Shown here in pieces: positions 56,582-64,000 of a stretch of DNA of 64,000 bases. The notes beneath the pieces are model-generated. The model made no database searches and was not told the origin of the DNA. It saw nothing but the letters and a program-made list of their open reading frames with translations. The stretch lies in NCBI GenBank assembly GCA_051294375.1, contig CM119271.1, positions 3,193,061 to 3,257,060 of the forward strand, in the 5' to 3' direction. The translations under genes and the position numbers were made by a program. Position 1 is the stretch's first letter. Each line of letters opens with the position of its first letter. This stretch comes from Paraspadella gotoi. Lineage: Eukaryota > Animalia > Chaetognatha.

Positions 56582-59500
56582 AAAAACACCGAATCCAAAG
56601 CACTTTTGTCTTTGGGTAACCAGTCTCATATTAATTTGTCAACTTTATTCAATTCCAGGCGTTAACAGATAATCAAAAATAGAGAAGAACCCGCGCCATA
56701 AGGCCTCACAATCACGGTTAAGCATTGTTATAATAAGCAATAATAATAATATAAGCAATGTTATACCAAGATTACTAATTTAACATTTAACATTTAAAAT
56801 GTTTTTTTTTTAAAGCAGATTCTAATTCCTCACGAAAATTTGATGAAAGGAAATATAATTCTTTTATAAAAATTATTTATTGAGTGGGTCAAATAACTAA
56901 AAAAAAATGTTAATCTTTAATTTTTCATAGTTAACCATAATTAAATTTTAGTATAAAAAATATAGTTTTTTGATTTTTAGCTAACTTAATGAAATAATTA
57001 AGACTTTTTTTTTTTGCAGGTTTATGGTTTAACTACCAAACAATGTATCTAGTTATAAAGTTCCATTAGTGAGGCAGTTGATTCAAATATTTTTTGTTGG
57101 AATTTCCACTTCATTATGATTTACTGCAATATGCAAATTAGATTATAATACTTTTTCATTAATACTCCTGCGATGGTAACGTCTGGCGAGATCACTATAC
57201 TTTTAAGATTTTATTTATTGGTTAAGGGGTAGTGTATAATTATTTTTGTATTATTGTTTATCCCCCACCCCCTTTTATTTCCCTCAATAAATGTTGTTAA
57301 AAATAACAGTCGATTGTTCCTTTTCTCTGTTGAGTCAGCCGGTTTTTTTTTTAACAGTAAAATTATCAATTCAAATCTTGATTTTCAAGTCCCTCGAGTT
57401 AATGACACGATTCAGATTAAAACACTCGAGTCTATGTCGTTTATCATTATACGTTTTCTCAAACCGAGCCTTCGATCCCTTCAGTTGGAGGAAACGGCTA
57501 GATTTCAATCGCCAACGAAATTCAAGATTTGCACGTACTTTGAGCTGTCATCGAAAAATCACACGATACATTTTGATACAATCATTCCTAAAGAATGGAA
57601 GACAGTTTGAAAAACCTTGCGGCCGCTCTGGAACCTCCTAAAGAGTTAGTGGATAAAGCGAAAGAGATATCTCGGAGCATCTTCGAGATTCTGCAAGAAA
57701 AATCTAAATTCCACGTCGTCCGATTCAAGCTCGTGGGCGGCCTAGCCAAGCGGACGTCGACCCGTTTAAAGGCCGAGGTCGACATGGTCGTCTACTTCAA
57801 GGATCCCGAGAAAAAGATCAAACGCACGGAGGTTTTGTCCGAGTGGACGCAAATCCTCGCCAAAGAAAAGTACCTGGATATGCGGGAGACGTCCTTCCTG
57901 CTCGCCTTCGTTTGGCAAGGGTTCCCGGTCGACCTCGTCGCCGTCCGGGACAGCGTCGTCCGCGGATTCATGCCGACGATCGAAGAGCTTCGGAACGACA
58001 TTGAGGAAGTGAAGCGGTTTATGGATCCCATGGCGAAAGATTTGACTCTTTCCTGGCAAAGCAAAAGGTTCATGAAGAACAAAACTCCTATCGCGGTGGA
58101 GGTCGCCCGCCTCGCGAAATTCTGGGCCCAGACCGTCTTGTTCGACGGAACAGTTGGTGGAAAATCGTATATCTTCGAGGTTCTCGCAGTGAGAGCGGTT
58201 TCTTTATCAAGAGAGTCGATCCTTGGTGGTTTTACTCAATTCCTTGACCTCGTGGAAGGTATTCAATCTTCAAGGATTATATTCTCACACAGCAACGGCG
58301 ACTGGTACGAGAGTAAAGAAATCTCTCGAGAAATACTTTGTCAATGGCCCCTGATCGTGGATCCCGTCAATCCTTTCTCGAATCTACTCGATTTGGAAAA
58401 AAGCGTTAAGGAAAGATTCTTCCGTGAATTCTCCAATGCCGCATCCGAAACCCTCGCACGGCTCAGGAGCAGCGGCGGCGGACTCAGCGACGTTTTTAAG
58501 CCCCAACCGAAGCTAGAAAGGCTCGACTACCCGTTGAAGCTCACCGACGTCACCATCAAAGTTAACAATGGGACCTGGAAGTTCGCGCGGATGTCGGCTT
58601 CCAATCTCGACGCTATCTTTGAGTCTGATCTACCCAAATTCACGCAGTTTTTGAAATCTCTTCTGCTCAACGTTTCGAGCGTCGTCTTTGTCAAAACGTG
58701 GGAGAGTAGAGATGACAAAAAAAATTATGACGAAGATGATGCTGACATCAACGTCGCCGTGGCCGCCGCCGAAATTTTTTTTGGGTATGCGGCAGGAAAA
58801 TGGGAGACTAAGGGAAAAAGTTGCACGTTTCAGATTCCGATCTTGCGTGGGCGATGCATCGGAGTGGAATTTAATCTTTCGAATCAACGAAAGCGGAAGT
58901 TTGCCGAGAGTGCTGAAACTGCTGATTTTTCGAGGAGAAAGAGGTGAATCAACGGATTTGCCAACTTTTTTCAATGGCGCCAAGGGCGTAGAGATGAAGG
59001 AACCGGCGTCGAGTCTTCCTCGCGGCGTCGTTGGTTATATATTAATATTGATTCACAATTAGTGTAAAATTCTGGTTACCTGAATTGACCTCGTTCAATT
59101 AACCTTTTATTATTCGTTTTGTCTACAATCAATTTTGCCTCAAGTATTTTCATCTATTTTTGTTATTGTTAGTACGTTGTAATAACGTATACATTCTCAA
59201 TTGTAAATATTGTTTTTTATTGTAAGTAGTTAATATCATTAATTAAAATTAATCAACGACTCTTCTTCATAACGAGGGTTCCCAAAAAATAATTGCATGA
59301 GAACTTGCTCATCAGGTTTTTGTAACGCGCTAAAAATACAATTTGAGGACTTGTAAAAAGACATTAATTCTGGAGTTGCATCAAATTCAAAGTTTATTTC
59401 TGATTTTAGATTAAAGCCCAAATATTTCCACGCGGTCACTTTTTCTACACGGAATGAGTCAACTTGTAGTTGTCCATAGTCATTTTTAAAAAAAATCATA

Positions 59501-62116
59501 TATTAATTTTTTGTAAAATTAAAAAATAAATAAATAATTTGCATGCCTCCTAACGTGGGTGATAACAGCACAATATTATCGGTATAAAATATGCAAGCTG
59601 CAAAAATATTTATAAAATGGCACCCTATGCCCTATTTTTTTTTGAATCAGAATGAGAGCATTTACATATAAGGCCCAAAAGTAGGGACTAAGGAAGTAAG
59701 GAAGTAAGGATTCCTCCCTTTATCCCTTTTATTATATTTATTATCCTCCTTTCTTCCTTCTTTGTCAGTCTGCTGTGATGCACCTTTATCTTTTTTTCCT
59801 TTCTTATATGCTTTTCTTTTATTCTTCTCTTATCTTCTATTGCCAGATACAAACTTCTGCTTAAGAAATCCTCATAAAACAAATATAAATGCAATTGAAT
59901 CTTGTTTTCTATAACTTGGTCAACTTCAAAAGAAAACTCTTGACCTCAACAAATATCTTTGCCTGCATATAATACATACATTAAGGCATACATACATACA
60001 TAACTCGGCGAAAAAGGTTAAACGCCTCAAACAAAATACGTCGACCATAAGATCCTATTCTCCAATTTCTGGAGAATTCTACTAAAAGAACTAGAGCTGA
60101 AAAATGTTTAGCTACAAATTCCAAGAAACATGAAATTCATATCCACTAAATGTCGCTTGAACAATTGGATCCACAATTCAGATTTCAAATCAATATTAAA
60201 TTTGCATAAAACTATTTCATACTACTTTCTTTCCATTCTTCCCATCATTGTCTGGCATCACTTTATCCATCTAATCATTCTTCAATTCGTGTGGGCTAAC
60301 TCAATCTCTGTGTCGTTCTTCACTTCCTTTTGGACTTCACAAAACGACATCCTCGTGGTTGCTCCCATCTGGATATGGATTACTTCTTCACATCATTCTT
60401 CATTTCATGTTACTTAACTCTATTTTTGTATCGTTCTTTACTTCTTTAAGAACTTTATAAAACGAGGACGTTTTATTTCACCGTGGTTGTAGCAAATATA
60501 GCAAATGTAGCAGAATAATTTGTGGTTCATCTCAAATGAGATTGAGTTCTTCAATCTCATTTATATATTGTCGCAGTTTAGATCACTTCTCATATCTTTT
60601 GATACAGTTTAATACATAGTAATCTTATTTTTCGGTTTTAGCAATACTTTTAATAGGTTTTAATAATGTTTTAGTTTTCCAATTATTATTCGAATATTTC
60701 ATAGTAGTGTTGTAGCTTTATCAAGTTGACATTACTAATAAAAATTTAAACTCGTACTTACCGAAAGACTCGTTGTGAAGCGGCCGGTAATTCCCGAGTT
60801 TCGTGACGAATTTCCCGTCGGGCATCTCCACTTGATTCTTGGGACGGACGTAAGAGGCGCCCTGATCGTCGGCCGCGTAGTGAACGTCGAGACGGGAGGA
60901 CGTCGCGTAAAATATGCCGATCACCACAGAGTCTGACGGATTGGCGTTGAGAATGCGGAGTCTAGAAAGTTAGACAATTCAGAGAGACAAAGGGAAGATG
61001 GACGTAAATTAAAAATATTTAATATAAAAAATTGTTTTTTTTTATGATTTGTAGCGGGCATTGCCAGCCAATAAGCTTTGTTCCTCCAGTAGTTATTCGG
61101 TGGCTTAGCGTTAATTATTGTATGTTTGTAGGATAATTGTAGCTCATTGAGTAAAGCCACTACGTACCGGGTTAAAACAAAATTTCAAGTGATAAAACTT
61201 AGGTATTAGACAATAGACAATAGACATTAGACATAGCTGTGAATTTCGAAAATGGACGTAAAGTCAAATGTACGTTTGGAGATTCACACGGGATAAGTTG
61301 ATAAACTGGAGAAAGGCTATGGCAATTTCCGTGTTTACAAATGGCTCAACGTCAACAAATGGCTCAACAAATGGCTCAACGTCAACAAACCGAAGTTTCT
61401 GCGGATTCGTGCTGCTGAGATAAACGTGGTAAGTCTCCCCGCTCCGCACGATTCCCCAAAACGTGGAGATGCGAAACTGGCAGGTGTAGCCAAAGCACCA
61501 TCCGTGATCTTGAGGCCCGTTAAGGAGGTATATATAACCTGGTGAATGGATAGAGTTAATGGTTTATGTCTTTCATCTTTTATTTCAGTCGAGCGAAGCA
61601 AGCAAAACAAGCAAAACAAGCAAAGCTACCCGTGTCATCATTCCAAAGAGCAACTGGTGAAAGCCTCCTGGTTTCGGTGTCATTATCCAACGATTCGATT
61701 ACAATCATTCGGTACTCGCCATCCCGACAGCGGTAGGCCTAAAAAAGCGAAAATACAATTTAAGTTTAGTTAAAAGTGTTTTACGTGAATATTGTACATC
61801 AAAACAGGACGTCTTTCACACAAATCAGCCAGCACATGAAAACTGAAGTTTCAACATTATTTTAAGTAAGTTTGAATTAGCCTGCATCGAGGGTGAGTGT
61901 TCGCAGAAGCCATCCTTCTTAGGAATCCCTGGGGAAGGGGCGAGGTCAGAAGCGTTCAATGGATTTCCGGTAGATGGGTCGGTCAACATTGCCGTGGGAA
62001 TCCTATGTATAAGGATTTTTTGGAGGGTAATTTATTCAATTATTTACTAATTTATTTATCTATTTCTTCTTACCCAATTTTGCCTCTTTCTCGCCCCACC
62101 CTTGCACTCCGTTTTC

Positions 62117-62171
<55 letters not shown>

Positions 62172-63835
62172 TATTTCTTTATTTCATTCTTTTTCTATTT
62201 CTCTCAAGCTCTCTTTCTTTCTTTCTTTTTCTATTTCTCTCAATCTCTCTTTCTTTTTCTATTTCTCTCAAAACCTCAATATTTTTCTATTTCTCTCAAT
62301 CTCTCTTTCTTTCTTTCTTTTTCTATTTCTGTCAATCTCTCTTTTTCTTTCTTTCTTTCTTTTTCTATTTCTCTCATTCATTATTTCTTTCTTGCTTTCT
62401 TTTTCGATTTCTCTCAATCTCGCTTTCTTTTTCTATTTCTCTCAATCTCTCTTTCTTTCTTTCTTTCTTTCCCGTCTTTCTTTCTTTCTTTCTGTTTTTC
62501 CATGACCTGTAATATCCTAATCCATATCGCTTATCTCCGTCCCACTGAAACTCAGCCTCGGTCACAAGCGTGCTTCCGGTTCCTTCACCGAAGAGGCTCC
62601 CATCTAAGTCGTGTATGTACGTCTGCGTCATTCCATCGCAGGTCATATCTGTCGCATGATTAATATTTATGATAATAATTAAAATACTTGTCGTAGCATC
62701 CGAGATCGAGAGAGCAAAAGAAAAATTGAATGCCATTCATGATATAGTATTTAAAATACATAAGTATTTCAAATCAATTGTATAAAAGGTATTAGTCACT
62801 TTTGTAAACTGGAAATAAAATAAAACAAACTACTATTACTTCTTTATCGACAGACAATAGTAATATTTGGGCGATTCGGTTTACAATACGTTATATTTGT
62901 TTTAATATTGTATTTTGTTTAATACAAGGTGTTGCGCATGACTTTTCTTTTTACTTATCATGTCATTTATTCCATTTATTACAAAAGGCGGCGCCAGTAG
63001 TCGCTTAAATTTGATTTTTAACAAATGAGCAACAAACTATAGGCAAGTTATAAGCGTTTTTAAACGTAAGTGGGACAGACCGACAGACAGACATACCGAC
63101 CGACCGACCGAAAAAAAACCTTATAGAGTTGCTCCGCGAGTATTCGCGGCGCAACTAAAAATGAGTATTTATTATATAGTTGACCTCACCAACGCAGTCG
63201 GACGGATTGATCTTTCCCAATGACGGACGTTCGAAAAAGACCGTCTGATTTTTCCCAACCGCGATCGCCGTCATCTCATAGACCTCGGTGGGGTGGTTGA
63301 GATCTTCCACGAGGATGTTGGTGACGAAGACGAAGGCGCCTCTGGTCGAGCCGCAGAGGTTCGATTCGAAGTAGGCAACGATTGTCTTGCGGATGATCAG
63401 CAGTCCCTGGGTATAGGGATTGCTCTTACTGTTTTTTAATTAAGTTTAATAAAATTTATATTTACATTCATAAGACGGCCAGTAGAACTCGTCCATTCAT
63501 TCATTCATTCATTCATTTACTTATACATTTATTTATTCAATGATTTTATTTATCTATTTAATCATTTATAAATTTATTCAATTTGTTTGTTCAAAAATTT
63601 CTTTATCCATTAAATCCCTCCTTCATTCAAAATGTCATTCACTTTCATCGCACAATGCACAATGAAGACCACCCACCTCGATCGCCGGGTAAGACATCGA
63701 CCCAAAACAAGGCTTCAATGGGCATTTGTTGAATCCAGAGATGACGACGAGCGAGACGACGCCGACGCGGACGATCCTCTCCGAAGTCAGAAAGACCGGA
63801 TCGAATCTTGAAGACTTTCGAGATTTGTGGTTCAA
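48500..63835 (-). CDS. PKHD1L1: Fibrocystin-L (PKHD1-like 1), 3' part; the gene continues beyond the window end
   Basis: About 19 exons encoding KINPSDCV|DMTCDG..DLDGSLFG..AEFQWDG..GLGYYR|IPTAMLT, VIESLDNDTETRRLSPVA, LLNGPQDHGWCFGYTCQFRIS, VVIGIFY..RLDV and IEIGDPP. TM segment LIAGIVVAVLLAVVVVFFVVVVLW at about 51085-51155; the tail ends SVKKKSKSKKKTKK*. Confidence 0.92.
49593..50963. mobile_element. Tc1/mariner-type MITE in a PKHD1L1 intron
   Basis: Imperfect ~30-bp TIRs CAATTTTTCCCAATTGTACTGTCGGTTAA / TTAACCGACAGTACCATTTGGACACACTG, with TA on both flanks. Confidence 0.6.
50283..50507 (-). mobile_element. LTR fragment nested in the MITE
   Basis: GC-richer island bounded by TGTTAGGG...CCCAACA. 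The adjacent CCTCTCCT reads as a polypurine tract on the - strand. No TSD is visible. Confidence 0.45.
55494..55575. repeat. (CT)n microsatellite
   Basis: Directly visible. Confidence 0.95.
57595..58947 (+). CDS. 2'-5' oligoadenylate synthetase-like nucleotidyltransferase, intronless, nested antisense in the PKHD1L1 intron at 56234-60761
   Basis: 450-aa ORF. The hG[GS]x11[DE]hD motif is VGGLAKRTSTRLKAEVDMVVYF and the third acidic residue is in VDLVAV. OAS C-lobe motifs: RLAKFW, SYIFEVLAV and PLIVDPVNPFSNL. Confidence 0.85.
   Translation: MEDSLKNLAAALEPPKELVDKAKEISRSIFEILQEKSKFHVVRFKLVGGLAKRTSTRLKAEVDMVVYFKDPEKKIKRTEVLSEWTQILAKEKYLDMRETSFLLAFVWQGFPVDLVAVRDSVVRGFMPTIEELRNDIEEVKRFMDPMAKDLTLSWQSKRFMKNKTPIAVEVARLAKFWAQTVLFDGTVGGKSYIFEVLAVRAVSLSRESILGGFTQFLDLVEGIQSSRIIFSHSNGDWYESKEISREILCQWPLIVDPVNPFSNLLDLEKSVKERFFREFSNAASETLARLRSSGGGLSDVFKPQPKLERLDYPLKLTDVTIKVNNGTWKFARMSASNLDAIFESDLPKFTQFLKSLLLNVSSVVFVKTWESRDDKKNYDEDDADINVAVAAAEIFFGYAAGKWETKGKSCTFQIPILRGRCIGVEFNLSNQRKRKFAESAETADFSRRKR
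59239..59499 (-). mobile_element. Non-LTR retrotransposon reverse-transcriptase C-terminal fragment
   Basis: VEKVTAWKYLGFNL matches the (K)YLG motif of LINE RTs; the fragment is short and isolated. Confidence 0.55.
62112..62495. repeat. (TTTC)n and TTTCTATTTCTCTCAATCTCTC compound repeat in an intron
   Basis: Directly visible pyrimidine-rich tandem array. Confidence 0.9.
62984..63160 (-). mobile_element. Helentron/HINE-like repeat, family B, second copy
   Basis: Reverse-complement homology to 30482-30660, with (GACA)n(CCGA)n, a hairpin and a CTAAAAA end. Confidence 0.6.
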
Positions 63836-64000
63836 GCTAACAGGAGAATACAAAAAAATGTTTCTTAGCGGTACAACAGAGTGATTTATATAAAAATTCC
63901 TTTGGAAAGTTGTCTAAAAATAACTAAAATTGTCATAATTTATCTGAAGAGGAAATCTTAATAACTCTCTCACCGCCTCATTAGAGACTCGGTAATTTTC

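Noticed and set aside
61264-61391. Apparent VDVEPF repeat insertion in PKHD1L1
   Set aside because: It lies after a GT donor near 61391; the spliced frame (QKLR|LRILNANP) skips it, so it is an intronic tandem repeat.
55421-62512. SLSLSL, ERERER and FLSF ORFs
   Set aside because: Translations of (CT)n, (GA)n and (TTTC)n microsatellites.

Overview
This is eukaryotic genomic DNA from an invertebrate animal, with GC-rich exons and short AT-rich GT-AG introns. It has two N-gaps and stretches of indel-rich consensus (about 6-13.4 kb and 24.6-29.7 kb). Genes recognised by manual splicing and translation: a 13-finger zinc-finger protein, TANGO6, a probable RHNO1-like gene, a second C2H2 gene, and a CLC-3/4/5 H+/Cl- exchanger. 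Further along are a small heat-shock protein with three alpha-crystallin domains, a TNF-superfamily ligand, the 3' part of fibrocystin-L (PKHD1L1), and an intronless OAS-like nucleotidyltransferase nested antisense in a PKHD1L1 intron. A ~6.5 kb inverted duplication around an N-gap repeats most of the CLC gene plus a ~270 nt structured 7SK-like RNA candidate. The two arms differ by a hAT MITE and a DIRS-type element carrying an internal copy of its circle junction. Other mobile DNA includes two Penelope-type inverted-repeat insertions with hammerhead ribozymes, two Helentron-like elements in inverted orientation around the TNF gene, an apparently gag-only LTR element, a tRNA-derived SINE and a Tc1/mariner-type MITE. 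All homology calls come from recalled motifs; no database search was run.
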